From: a bacterium
GTDB lineage: Bacteria; Bacillota_I; Bacilli_A; RFN20; CAG-826
Direction: 5' to 3'
Assembly (NCBI GenBank): GCA_963651445.1
Contig: CAVJPU010000007.1
Span: 33 to 64,032 of the forward strand
Length of the DNA: 64,000 nucleotides
This document shows, in pieces, positions 28,872 to 37,980 of the stretch. Position 1 is the stretch's first letter. The number at the start of each line of letters is the position of its first letter. Under the pieces are notes generated by a model. It made no database searches, had not been told where the DNA came from, and worked only from the letters and a program-made list of their open reading frames with translations. Made by a program: the position numbers and the translations under genes.

Positions 28872-28901
28872 TTAGTCGGGTATTTCCAAAACAATATGCA
28901 T

Positions 28902-28932
28902 ATCTCCAAAATATAACTAGTTTTTTGGTGAT
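28902..28932 (+). repeat. 31-bp palindromic element, copy 2 (downstream of fic)
   Basis: ATCTCCAAAA-TATAACTAG-TTTTTTGGTGAT. Confidence 0.7.
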
Positions 28933-28950
28933 TTATACGCGCTAATAAAA

Positions 28951-28979
28951 ACGCCGACCTAATAACCGGCGTTTTTTTT
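28951..28979 (+). terminator. terminator after fic
   Basis: acgccg-N10-cggcgt followed by T8. Confidence 0.65.
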
Positions 28980-28987
28980 GAAAGCAA

Positions 28988-29061
28988 TGGAGCGCGTGGC
29001 GGGAATCGAACCCGTGTGGCCAGCTTGGGAAGCTAGAGTTCTACCATTGAACTACACGCGC
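28988..29061 (-). tRNA. tRNA-Gly (anticodon CCC)
   Basis: Acceptor GCGCGTG/CACGCGC, anticodon loop TTCCCAA, T-loop TTCGATT, CCA encoded. Confidence 0.88.
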
Positions 29062-29094
29062 AGCAAAAAGATTATATACAAATCCGTCCATAAA

Positions 29095-29121
29095 AACAAA
29101 AAAACCGAGTGCTGACCTCGG
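29095..29121 (-). terminator. terminator after tRNA-Val
   Basis: ccgag-N7-ctcgg, followed by a T-run on the minus strand. Confidence 0.5.
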
Positions 29122-29139
29122 CCTTCTGTTGTAATAGAG

Positions 29140-29215
29140 TGGTGGGTGCTGCGAGGATCGAACTCACGACCTCCTGTACGTCAAACAGGTGCTCTCCCAG
29201 CTGAGCTAAACACCC
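29140..29215 (-). tRNA. tRNA-Val (anticodon GAC)
   Basis: GGGTGTTTAGCTCAGCTGGGAGAGC..., anticodon loop TTGACGT, CCA encoded. Confidence 0.9.
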
Positions 29216-29248
29216 ACTTAGCTGGACACGCTTTTCAGCGCGTTCATT

Positions 29249-29277
29249 ATTATATGAGCGAGCCTATCGGCACGCAA
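29249..29277 (-). promoter_or_regulatory. promoter for tRNA-Val
   Basis: Minus strand reads TTGCGT - 17 nt - TATAAT. Confidence 0.55.
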
Positions 29278-29300
29278 GCAGAAATTAACCGAATAAAGAG

Positions 29301-29326
29301 AAAAGAAAAAGCCCATTGTCTTGGGC
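29301..29326 (-). terminator. terminator after tRNA-Thr
   Basis: gccca-ttgtct-tgggc, followed by a T-run on the minus strand. Confidence 0.55.
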
Positions 29327-29344
29327 TTCATCACTTTTTATTAA

Positions 29345-29420
29345 TGGTGCCGACTAGCGGAATCGAACCACCAACCTACTGATTACGATTCAGTTGCTCT
29401 GCCAATTGAGCTAAGTCGGC
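29345..29420 (-). tRNA. tRNA-Thr (anticodon CGU)
   Basis: Acceptor GCCGACT/AGTCGGC, anticodon loop ATCGTAA, CCA encoded. Confidence 0.88.
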
Positions 29421-29450
29421 ACGGCAAATAATATAACCCAATTCTATTTC

Positions 29451-30080
29451 CTATTCAATTCTTGAAAGGGTGATCCAAGAGGCGATGGCGGCGAAGAATT
29501 CTCCTAATGGAGACAATAGAAGCAAGAAGATGCTGATTAAGGACGAGGTTGATACCGCGCCTAAGGCAAACCACATGCCAATATATAGGCCTTTGCCGAC
29601 AATCAATAAGGCAAAGAAGATACCGGCGAGGATCTTAACTTGCTTAAGGTTAGTTCTCCCAAAACCATAAAGAAGACGACGGAGTTTGATAGAGGTTACG
29701 ATACCAAGAGCAGCTTCGCCAGCGATGACCACAAAGAGAGCGATTTGGATAAGCAACTGGGTGGTGTCGGAAGACATGCCAATGTAGATGGCGGAGTAAA
29801 TGCTATCGAAGACAAGGGTGATGGTCGATAAGACTATGAAGGTCAAAACGCCGGTTCCCGCCTTGGCGTTGTTCTCAACGTTTCCTTGTAACAAACGAAC
29901 ATAACAAACCATCATGATGATAAAGTTCCAAATGAAACTAAAGGATGACGTCCTGGTGGTGACATATTCATAAATTCCGAGGATGAAATTGGCCGTTTCC
30001 AAGGCAATGGCCAAGACAATGAAAATAAGGGCGAAAGTACGCTTGCCGTGATATTTGAATTGGTTGATGAATCTGCTCAT
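29451..30080 (-). CDS. polytopic membrane protein, unknown function; apparently leaderless
   Basis: Start chosen at MSRFINQFKY (ATG 30080). TATAAT (30093-30088) lies exactly 7 nt upstream and there is no SD. Confidence 0.6.
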   Translation of the reverse strand: MSRFINQFKYHGKRTFALIFIVLAIALETANFILGIYEYVTTRTSSFSFIWNFIIMMVCYVRLLQGNVENNAKAGTGVLTFIVLSTITLVFDSIYSAIYIGMSSDTTQLLIQIALFVVIAGEAALGIVTSIKLRRLLYGFGRTNLKQVKILAGIFFALLIVGKGLYIGMWFALGAVSTSSLISIFLLLLSPLGEFFAAIASWITLSRIE

Positions 30081-30207
30081 AGCAAAGATTATATACCATA
30101 TCTCTAATTTGAAGAAATTGTTCTTCAAAATATGTAGGAAGTGCGTTATTTTAAAAGTTAGCCGATTTCTGTCTTTTCATAAAATGAATTCGGTCTATTA
30201 TTTGCCC

Positions 30208-31149
30208 ATGCCGAATTTCGAGAAGACTCCATTAATCAATGTCAATCACATTACCAAGGACTACGGTTCTGGGCGTGGTATCTTTGATGTTGACTTCAAA
30301 TTATATAAAGGCGAGTGTTTGGGATTCTTAGGTCCTAACGGAGCTGGAAAATCCACCACCATCCGTCATATCATCGGCTTCTCCACCCCAGATAAAGGCA
30401 CGATTACCATCGAAGGCTTAGATGCTAGAAAACAATACGACAAGACCTTGCGTTATATCGGCTATGTCCCTGGCGAAATCGCTTTGCCATCAGGGGTTAA
30501 TGGAAATGAGTTCCTAACTTTGGAACAATCTTTGTCCGGCGTTCATAACGATGAATTAAAAAACAAGTTGATTGAATACTTCGAAATCAGCAAATCCGAA
30601 TTGAAAGTCGATACCAAGCGCATGTCCTTAGGCAATAAGCGCAAATTGGCCATCATCTCAGCATTCATGAACGATCCAGATATCCTCATCTTGGATGAAC
30701 CAACCTCTGGTTTGGACCACAGGATGCAAGAGAAGTTCATTGATTTGGTCAAAGAGGAACAAGCCAAAGGCAAAACCATCTTGCTTTCCTCCCACATCTT
30801 CTCGGAAGTTGATGCTTGCTGCACCAGGGTCTTGATTATCAAAGATGGCAAATTGGTCTCTGAAATCACCACCGATTCCTTGAAGAACGCTTCGAATCAG
30901 TCCTATACGGTTGTCTTCAAAAACAAGGAAGACCTTAATTCCTTTAAGGAAAGCCATCCAAATTTGACTTATTTCCTTATCGAGAAGGAGAACGCTTTGT
31001 TCTTCGGTATGGACGATAAGGATATCAATGATTTATTAAAAGACCTATCAAAATACGAAATCGTTTCGTTTAGCAATAAGAAGGAGTCTCTGGAAGACTT
31101 CTTCATGAAGTTCTATCAATCAAATAAGAAATTCGAGGTCATCAAATGA
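30208..31149 (+). CDS. ABC transporter ATP-binding protein (ABC-2/DrrA-like), first of two
   Basis: GPNGAGKST, LSLGNKRKL, ILILDEPTSGLD. Start uncertain: ATG 30184 or 30208, neither with an SD. Confidence 0.85.
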   Translation: MPNFEKTPLINVNHITKDYGSGRGIFDVDFKLYKGECLGFLGPNGAGKSTTIRHIIGFSTPDKGTITIEGLDARKQYDKTLRYIGYVPGEIALPSGVNGNEFLTLEQSLSGVHNDELKNKLIEYFEISKSELKVDTKRMSLGNKRKLAIISAFMNDPDILILDEPTSGLDHRMQEKFIDLVKEEQAKGKTILLSSHIFSEVDACCTRVLIIKDGKLVSEITTDSLKNASNQSYTVVFKNKEDLNSFKESHPNLTYFLIEKENALFFGMDDKDINDLLKDLSKYEIVSFSNKKESLEDFFMKFYQSNKKFEVIK

Positions 31150-32057
31150 GCGATGTTGTCATCAAAGCCACAAATCTAACCAAAGACTACGGGCTAGGCC
31201 GTGGCATTTTCGATATGAGCTTCGAAATCAAAAAAGGCGAGATGATTGGTTTTGTCGGTTCTAACGGAGCCGGCAAAACCACCACCATTCGACATATTAT
31301 GGGCTTCTTAAAGCCAACATCCGGTTCCGTTACCGTCAATGGCTTGGAATGCCACGAACATGAAGCGGAAATCGCCAAATTGATTGGCTATGTCCCGGGC
31401 GAAATCGCCTTCCCAGATTTAAAAACTGGTATCTCATTCTTAAAGATGCAGGCCGAATTGTATGGATTGAAGGATTTCGCCCGTGCCAATGAATTGATTC
31501 AAAAACTGGCGTTGGATCCAAACGCTTCATTGAAGCGTATGTCCAAGGGCATGAAACAAAAGACCGCCTTGGTGGCAGCCTTGATGAATGATCCAGAAAT
31601 CATCATCCTAGATGAGCCTACCACCGGTTTGGACCCTTTGATGCGTGATGAATTCCTTTCCATCATCGAGGAAGAACATAAGAAGGGCAAAACCATCTTT
31701 ATGTCCACTCACTTATACGAAGAAGTCGAGGCTACCTGCGATAAGGTTGCCTTAATCGATAAAGGGAGAATCATCGATATGGTTGAACTATCCAAAGTCT
31801 CCGACCCTGATATTCAAACGTTCTTCGTCGATATGACATCCGAAAAAGATGTAAGTGACCTCATTAAGAAATCTCCATTCGAGGTCAACAAAACCGAAGA
31901 TAAATTAAGGCTCGAATTCAAAATTCAGAAAGAGAGAGCTTCGGAGTTCCTAAAGTTACTATCTAATTATCCAATCAAGGCAATCGTCGAAAAACACGAC
32001 ACGTTGCAAAATTACTTCAACCGTAAATTCAAGGAGGGCGAACATGAAACTAAGTAA
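31146..32057 (+). CDS. ABC transporter ATP-binding protein, second of two
   Basis: GSNGAGKTT, MSKGMKQK, IIILDEPTTGLD. ATGA overlap with the previous gene. Confidence 0.9.
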   Translation: MSDVVIKATNLTKDYGLGRGIFDMSFEIKKGEMIGFVGSNGAGKTTTIRHIMGFLKPTSGSVTVNGLECHEHEAEIAKLIGYVPGEIAFPDLKTGISFLKMQAELYGLKDFARANELIQKLALDPNASLKRMSKGMKQKTALVAALMNDPEIIILDEPTTGLDPLMRDEFLSIIEEEHKKGKTIFMSTHLYEEVEATCDKVALIDKGRIIDMVELSKVSDPDIQTFFVDMTSEKDVSDLIKKSPFEVNKTEDKLRLEFKIQKERASEFLKLLSNYPIKAIVEKHDTLQNYFNRKFKEGEHETK

Positions 32058-33849
32058 GGCATTATTCAAGCAATGTTTGAAAACCAATGGCTTAAGCTGG
32101 CTTATCATCACCGTTTTGGAATGCGTCATGGTTGCTTCGATCATGATCATCACCGGTGGCGATTCCATCGGGGTTTTGATTTCCTCCATCCGTAATAGCG
32201 TCGTTCAATCCGAACTAGAAGGTTATGTCGGCAAGATGTCTCTTAACTTCTATTCGGTCGGCAAAGTCGCCGAAGTCAAATATGATTCCTACTTCGCCGA
32301 TGATTTCTCCACGAATTACAACGACGTCAACGACTACACCCTTCAGATTGATTCTTGGTATTCGACGATGCCAAATGAAAGTAGCTATGCTGATGTGGAA
32401 GCCTACCAAGCCGCTTATAACACTTGGATAGGAAATATGCCAGCTTCCGATAAAGCGTTATGCCAAAAATATGCGAACAACTTCGTTTCTTGGGTTGAAT
32501 CCAAGCCAAGCGAAGGTTCCACCGACGAATGGAACGCTTCTAAGCCAAGTGCTACCTCATTCTCAAAAGAAGAAGCCATCACTTCCTCTGATCAGAAACT
32601 TACTGATTTCTATGATACCTACGCCCAAAGCTTAGGCTATAAGCGTTATTCCGATAACTGGATTATGGTCGTTCAGGCCGGAACCGGTCCTGTTTGCCCC
32701 ATGGATAACGTCAAAGAGATGTATAAGAACAATGGGATTGACCCATTGCCAGATTATGATGTTGATTCCTTGATTCCGCATATCTTGGATGGTTCCATCT
32801 CCACTTATCTAGCATCTGATGAACGCCAAGATTATGAAAACGGTCGTTCCAGAGTAGCGGCTTGTAAGATGGCGGCCTGCACCTTAACTGCCGAAGAATC
32901 CAAGAGCGTGCTCCTTAATATGATCGCCGATTACGGCATCGATGAGGAAACCTTCAATAGCTTCGATTACACCTTCGAGAACGTTTATAACACCTGCTAT
33001 GAAAGAATCCTTTCCTATGAAGTTGATTACAACTATCGTTTGGAATTGTTAAACGCTGAGGCTTCCAAAGAAGGCTGGGATAACGAAACCTATTCGGCCA
33101 AAGTGCAGGAAATGATGAACTCCTTGGTCGAAAAACTTGCCGGTTCCTTCTTATCTTCGCTTCCTGATGATGTTTCGGGGGCTATCGAAGAAGTCGGTCA
33201 GATGGATATCTATGGCTTAATCGTCGGCTATATCTTCTATAAGATTGCCGGCTTGTTGTTGCCGATGATCTATATGATTCTTGGCATCAACAACATGGTT
33301 GCTGGCTCGGTAGATTCAGGCTCTATGGCTTATATCCTTTCCACCGGCACCCGCAGAGAGTCTGTGACCATCACCCAAGGCTTATTCATGACTTTAAGCT
33401 TGTTCGCGATGTTCTTATTTACCACCGTGACTTCCGTTATTTGCTTCTTAACTATGCACGGCTTAGCCACATCCGTTACCTTAGGTGGCGTCTTATTAAT
33501 GAACCTTGGTGCTTTCTTGGTTCTGTTCGCTTTAAGCGGCTTCTGCTTTGCGGTCAGCTGCTTCTTCAATAGATCAAGAATCTCTTTGGCTATCGGAGGC
33601 GGACTTACCATCTTCGCCTTGGTTGCCACCATCGTTGGCATGTTCGGTTCGGAAATTGTTCCGTCCATCATCCGATTCGACGCCTTAAACGTCTTTAACT
33701 ACTTCTCAATCATCACCTTGTTCGATGTCATGGACATCACCAGGAATTCGGTGAATATCTATTGGAAACTGGCTATCCTGCTGGTCATAGGCGTGGTTGG
33801 CTATGTAGTAGGCACCGTCAAATTTAGAAAGAAAGACCTACCTCTATAA
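32044..33849 (+). CDS. ABC transporter permease with large extracytoplasmic domain
   Basis: N-terminal TM helix, a ~340-aa hydrophilic domain, then ~5 C-terminal TM helices. 14-nt overlap with the ATPase gene. Confidence 0.72.
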   Translation: MKLSKALFKQCLKTNGLSWLIITVLECVMVASIMIITGGDSIGVLISSIRNSVVQSELEGYVGKMSLNFYSVGKVAEVKYDSYFADDFSTNYNDVNDYTLQIDSWYSTMPNESSYADVEAYQAAYNTWIGNMPASDKALCQKYANNFVSWVESKPSEGSTDEWNASKPSATSFSKEEAITSSDQKLTDFYDTYAQSLGYKRYSDNWIMVVQAGTGPVCPMDNVKEMYKNNGIDPLPDYDVDSLIPHILDGSISTYLASDERQDYENGRSRVAACKMAACTLTAEESKSVLLNMIADYGIDEETFNSFDYTFENVYNTCYERILSYEVDYNYRLELLNAEASKEGWDNETYSAKVQEMMNSLVEKLAGSFLSSLPDDVSGAIEEVGQMDIYGLIVGYIFYKIAGLLLPMIYMILGINNMVAGSVDSGSMAYILSTGTRRESVTITQGLFMTLSLFAMFLFTTVTSVICFLTMHGLATSVTLGGVLLMNLGAFLVLFALSGFCFAVSCFFNRSRISLAIGGGLTIFALVATIVGMFGSEIVPSIIRFDALNVFNYFSIITLFDVMDITRNSVNIYWKLAILLVIGVVGYVVGTVKFRKKDLPL

Positions 33850-33854
33850 TCCTC

Positions 33855-33876
33855 GGCCCCATTTGGGGCCTTTTTA
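33855..33876 (+). terminator. terminator after the ABC operon
   Basis: ggcccc-attt-ggggcc followed by TTTTT. Confidence 0.7.
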
Positions 33877-33921
33877 TTTCTATCGTTGAGTTAATTCTCT
33901 TTTTGGATTACCTTAATGCAT

Positions 33922-34686
33922 ATGAAAATAATCTCTTTCAACGTCAATGGCATCAGGGCTATCTTGGGCAAGGATTTCGCTAAGGATTTCGCTTTATTGG
34001 ATGCCGATATATTCGCCATTCAGGAATCCAAATACAGCGAGGACCTCCACCTTTCTTTCCCTTTCGAACCAGAGGGATATGACACCTATTGGACCGTCTC
34101 AAAGGTCCGCAAAGGATATTCAGGAGTTACCGTCTTTACCAAGAAAAAGCCTTTAAGCGTCCATTACGGCCTTAAGGATGGCAAATATGACGAAGAAGGA
34201 AGGGTTATCACTTTGGAATACGAAGACTTCTATTTCGTCGCCGCTTATGTCCCAAACGCCGGAGATGGCTTAAAACGTTTGGACTTCAGAATGGACTACG
34301 AGAAAGATTTAGTGGACTACCTGACTGATTTAGACAAAAAGAAGCCAATTATCTATACAGGTGATTTAAATGTCGCCCATAAACCGATTGATTTAAAAAA
34401 CCCGGCCTCCAATGAAGGAAATCCAGGTTATACGAAGGAAGAAAGGGACGCTTTTACCAATTTGTTGTCCAAAGGCTTTATCGACACCTACAGGGCTCTT
34501 TATCCTGAGAAAGTTGAATATAGTTGGTGGTCCTACCGCTTCCAATCGAGAATGAAAGGGATAGGCTGGAGAATCGACTATTTCTTAGTCTCGGAAAGAT
34601 TGATGGATAAGGTTATCGATTCCAAAATCCATAACGAGATATTTGGATCCGATCACTGCCCGATCGAATTGGACATCAACGTATAA
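33922..34686 (+). CDS. xth: exodeoxyribonuclease III
   Basis: MKIISFNVNGIRA, QESK, GDLNVAH, SDHCPI. Classical ExoIII/APE motifs. Confidence 0.93.
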   Translation: MKIISFNVNGIRAILGKDFAKDFALLDADIFAIQESKYSEDLHLSFPFEPEGYDTYWTVSKVRKGYSGVTVFTKKKPLSVHYGLKDGKYDEEGRVITLEYEDFYFVAAYVPNAGDGLKRLDFRMDYEKDLVDYLTDLDKKKPIIYTGDLNVAHKPIDLKNPASNEGNPGYTKEERDAFTNLLSKGFIDTYRALYPEKVEYSWWSYRFQSRMKGIGWRIDYFLVSERLMDKVIDSKIHNEIFGSDHCPIELDINV

Positions 34687-35773
34687 ACATCGCTAAGGAA
34701 TTGGCCGTCGCTTCTATCGGTGTATTAACGAGGTCAATCTTTAAGATAAGCGAGCATACATAGCCACCGAGGGCCACGACCGCTAACAAAATCGCGGCGA
34801 TGAGTCCTCTTTTTTTGCCTTCGAAGAACTTGGTGTAGCACTTCAAGCAGGTGACGATAAGAACGGCGAAAATAACGACAAAGCCAAAGATGGTCATCCA
34901 TTGGGCGCTGGCATCGTTCCAGAAGATGCCACGCTCGGAGATTCTCGCATCCCCACAAGTGGCTTCCCAAGAGATGAAGTCCGCAATGGCTAAGATAGAG
35001 AAGTTGAAGGCACAAGAACCAATCATGTTGCCATAACCGGCATCGAAATTCTTCAAACGGAACAAATGGAAGGTAGAGATGACTTCCGGCAAGGAAGTGC
35101 AAATGCCGAGAAGGACGGCGCCGCCGACCGAGCCTGCCAAAGCAGGAATCTGTTCGATGATCTTTTCGGTGACCAAGGAGATGCCGATGGAAACGCCGAT
35201 CAAGACGATGGATAAGACGATAAATAAGATGATGATGACTTTCAAAGAAAGCTTCGATTCCTTCTCAGGAACGGCGCTGACTTCGGCTTCGTCTTTGTTT
35301 TCTTCTTTCGGCTGTTTGATGACGGTAATGACATAAATGATGAAGATAACGATGCTCAACGCATTGATATCGCCCAACATCGGCTGCCAGGAAACTGGTG
35401 CAAAGACAGCGTAAGCCGTGCACAGATAGAAGAAGATAAGAACGATTAAGGAGAAGATGTGGAACTTATTAATTTTGCAGTGTCTGAAGTTCTTGAAGAA
35501 CATCAAGGTATAAACGCCCAAAATCATAAGGTTGAAGATATCAGAGCCAAGGATGTCGCCGATAGCTAAGCTAGCGTCCTTAACGATAAGAACGGAACTG
35601 ATAGCGGTGAACAATTCCGGCAAGGAAGTAACGGCCGCCAAAAGCACGCCGCCGATGAAAGCGCCGCTGATCTTGGTCTTTTTATCTAATAAGTCGACCA
35701 TGTCCCCCAATTTGATAGAAACGTAGACCACCGCCGCCACTAAGACGACATATACCGGATATATCCACCACAT
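34676..35773 (-). CDS. CaCA-family cation/Ca2+ exchanger (YrbG-like)
   Basis: Two alpha-repeat motifs, GDILGSDIFNLM and GNMIGSCAFNFS. Ten or more TM helices. Confidence 0.85.
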   Translation of the reverse strand: MWWIYPVYVVLVAAVVYVSIKLGDMVDLLDKKTKISGAFIGGVLLAAVTSLPELFTAISSVLIVKDASLAIGDILGSDIFNLMILGVYTLMFFKNFRHCKINKFHIFSLIVLIFFYLCTAYAVFAPVSWQPMLGDINALSIVIFIIYVITVIKQPKEENKDEAEVSAVPEKESKLSLKVIIILFIVLSIVLIGVSIGISLVTEKIIEQIPALAGSVGGAVLLGICTSLPEVISTFHLFRLKNFDAGYGNMIGSCAFNFSILAIADFISWEATCGDARISERGIFWNDASAQWMTIFGFVVIFAVLIVTCLKCYTKFFEGKKRGLIAAILLAVVALGGYVCSLILKIDLVNTPIEATANSLAMFIR

Positions 35774-35822
35774 AAGACTACCTCCTTAGGCAAGTCGAGA
35801 CATTATAAGACCGCTATATGGG

Positions 35823-35838
35823 GTTAGCGAACGCTAAC
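35823..35838. promoter_or_regulatory. perfect 16-bp palindrome GTTAGCGAACGCTAAC upstream of the CaCA gene
   Basis: Read directly. It lies about 20 nt upstream of a TATAAT and ~50 nt from the ATG. It has the same GTTAG-N6-CTAAC architecture as the two feo sites. Confidence 0.5.
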
Positions 35839-35861
35839 TTAATATTCATATTAAAGACATA

Positions 35862-35890
35862 GAAAAAGCCCAGAGCCGAAGCCCTGAGCC
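35862..35890 (-). terminator. terminator after the hydrolase-membrane fusion gene
   Basis: ~10-bp stem (with G-U pairs) around a UUCG loop, followed by TTTTT on the minus strand. Confidence 0.6.
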
Positions 35891-35907
35891 TTTTAGATTT
35901 AGCTTAA

Positions 35908-37980
35908 TTAAGCAGCAAAGACGTATCCCCAGCTAGCAGCAGTGTTGGAAACTGTGATGATGGTGAATAAGAGAGCGTTGATCAAGGAGCCGAGCCAGAT
36001 ATTTCCGGTCTTCTTGTAGAGAAGGCGAGAGATGATGGTGGCGAAGATAAGGACACCGATGGTCGGGAAGAGGACGATGTAGCCTAAGGCCATATTGCCC
36101 TGCCATAAGACACCAGTGGACTTGAAGGTGCCATACTGGATGGCGATGACTAAGACCAAGCCAGCAACGTTGAAGAAGGAGTTGATGGCGATGGTGGCCC
36201 AATCCGGGATGTTCTTGGCTCTGAAGGTCTGGTTGGCAATGCCGGAAAGGATGTAGTAAACGGCGAACCATGGCAAGTAGCGGAGAATGGTTGGCATCAT
36301 GCTAGAGACATTGAAGACCTTGATGACAAGCGTCCAAAGACGGAAGTCAACAACCCAGGCTTTCCAGTTGATGAAGACGACTAAGTAGAGCAAGAAGACG
36401 ACAATGGTGGCCAATAAGATGGTCTTAAGGGCGTTGCCGATAGAGGAGGCTTTGGCAGCCTCGAATGGATTGGCGGCATCAATTGGCTCTTTGCCATGGG
36501 CGACTCTGCCCTTATTGATGCAGTACTTAACGATGTAGGCGAGCAAGGTCACGATGCAGACGAAGATACCGCAAGCGGCAGTCCAGACGGCGACCCAGTT
36601 GGTTGTATCCTGTGGGAACAACTGAGAGTTCGGGAAGATCTTATCAGCCCATTCGGTGCAGAACTTCTGGATGGAGAATCCGGCGAAGATAGCGCAGACA
36701 ACGGCTGGGATCCAATAGAAGAGGTGAGAGTACCACTTCTTGAGAGGTTTCTTTTCTTCTTCGATGACTTCTTTGGTGACTTCGATTTCTCTGGTCGCGA
36801 TAGTGCCATCGGCGCCGGCGACGGCAACTCGTCTCTTCTTCAAAGACTTGAAGAATGGGATGGTGAGCATCAAGCTGACGCATGGGACGATTAAGGACAA
36901 CAAAGTGAGCATGCCGACGAAGGAGAATAATTCCTTGACGACCCAGGTCTGACGACCTTCAGCGATGTATTTGTGTCCGTTTGGGGTACCGAAAGCGCCA
37001 TAGAAGAAGTCTAAGACGTTTCTGGTGCTGGTCACTGACCAGTGGTTGAGTGGGTGGATTTCATCGGCTTCGTAGATAGCGCGGAACGGTTGGCCAACGG
37101 CTTCGCCCGGTTTCTTGTCGACGACAACGCCATTGACGTAACGAGCGCAATTCTGGACGTTGATTTCGGTTAATCCAGTGGTATCCATTCCAACGAAGCT
37201 GGCAGCGCCAGTGCTGTGAAGGAATTCTCTGGAGATGGTCTTTTCACCATTCAAATCCTTAGAGGTGAAGAAGAATTCGTCATCAGTGGCTTTTAATAAA
37301 CCAACGCTGACGTCAGAGGCAGCCCCCATGAAGGAGCTCCAACCTTGCATAAGGCCGGCCTTGATGATGTGATAACCATCGGCCGTGACGCTCTTACGGT
37401 TGAGAGTAAGAGTTTGCTGACTCATATCAGTGCGTAACGCCATAGCGGTGGTAAAACCACCCATGGAGTGACCGGAGATACCGATCTTGCTCTGATCGAC
37501 ATAGTCAAGGTTATATAAATACTTAGCGGATTCATATAAACCCTTGGTGGCCATCATGGCACCGGCGTCATCGTCGTTGTTGTAGTTACCATGACCTTCA
37601 CGATCGACGGTCAAGACGACGAAGCCTCTTCTCGCTAATTCGATAGCGTTAGGAAGCTGAAGTTCGCGATTGTTCAAATAGCCGTGAGTAAGGACGATGC
37701 CAGGCTTTTTGTTGTCGGCGGAAGCATCCTTAGGAACGAATAAGATACCAGACTTGACTTCGCCTTTGATTTCGAAGTCACCAGTGCCGGTGGCACCGGC
37801 GTCGTCTTTGTAGTTCAAGCTGATAGTGCCAGTATTGGTCTCATCTCTTAAATCGGAGACTTTGACACTGCAGCCGTCTGTTTGCACCAAAAATTGAGCG
37901 AAGCTGGTGACAAAGATCATGACGATTCCAATGATCAACCATAGCAAGCTCTTTTTGTGCTCTTGCCAATATTTTTTCAT
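35908..37980 (-). CDS. alpha/beta hydrolase domain fused to a large C-terminal polytopic membrane domain
   Basis: Start ATG 37980 (MKKYWQEHKK) after AAAGGAA. One N-terminal TM helix. Hydrolase motifs VLTHGY and nucleophile elbow GISGHSMGG. The last ~330 aa are strongly hydrophobic (8 or more helices). Confidence 0.75.
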   Translation of the reverse strand: MKKYWQEHKKSLLWLIIGIVMIFVTSFAQFLVQTDGCSVKVSDLRDETNTGTISLNYKDDAGATGTGDFEIKGEVKSGILFVPKDASADNKKPGIVLTHGYLNNRELQLPNAIELARRGFVVLTVDREGHGNYNNDDDAGAMMATKGLYESAKYLYNLDYVDQSKIGISGHSMGGFTTAMALRTDMSQQTLTLNRKSVTADGYHIIKAGLMQGWSSFMGAASDVSVGLLKATDDEFFFTSKDLNGEKTISREFLHSTGAASFVGMDTTGLTEINVQNCARYVNGVVVDKKPGEAVGQPFRAIYEADEIHPLNHWSVTSTRNVLDFFYGAFGTPNGHKYIAEGRQTWVVKELFSFVGMLTLLSLIVPCVSLMLTIPFFKSLKKRRVAVAGADGTIATREIEVTKEVIEEEKKPLKKWYSHLFYWIPAVVCAIFAGFSIQKFCTEWADKIFPNSQLFPQDTTNWVAVWTAACGIFVCIVTLLAYIVKYCINKGRVAHGKEPIDAANPFEAAKASSIGNALKTILLATIVVFLLYLVVFINWKAWVVDFRLWTLVIKVFNVSSMMPTILRYLPWFAVYYILSGIANQTFRAKNIPDWATIAINSFFNVAGLVLVIAIQYGTFKSTGVLWQGNMALGYIVLFPTIGVLIFATIISRLLYKKTGNIWLGSLINALLFTIITVSNTAASWGYVFAA

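Noticed and set aside
29146-29382. ORFs overlapping tRNA genes (29146-29382, 59212-59412, 59219-59521).
   Set aside because: They are made up of tRNA and spacer sequence, so the tRNA cloverleaves explain the region.
34676-34686. 11-nt convergent overlap of the xth and CaCA gene 3' ends without an intervening terminator.
   Set aside because: This is ordinary compact gene packing. No structure or conserved motif was seen that would suggest regulation.
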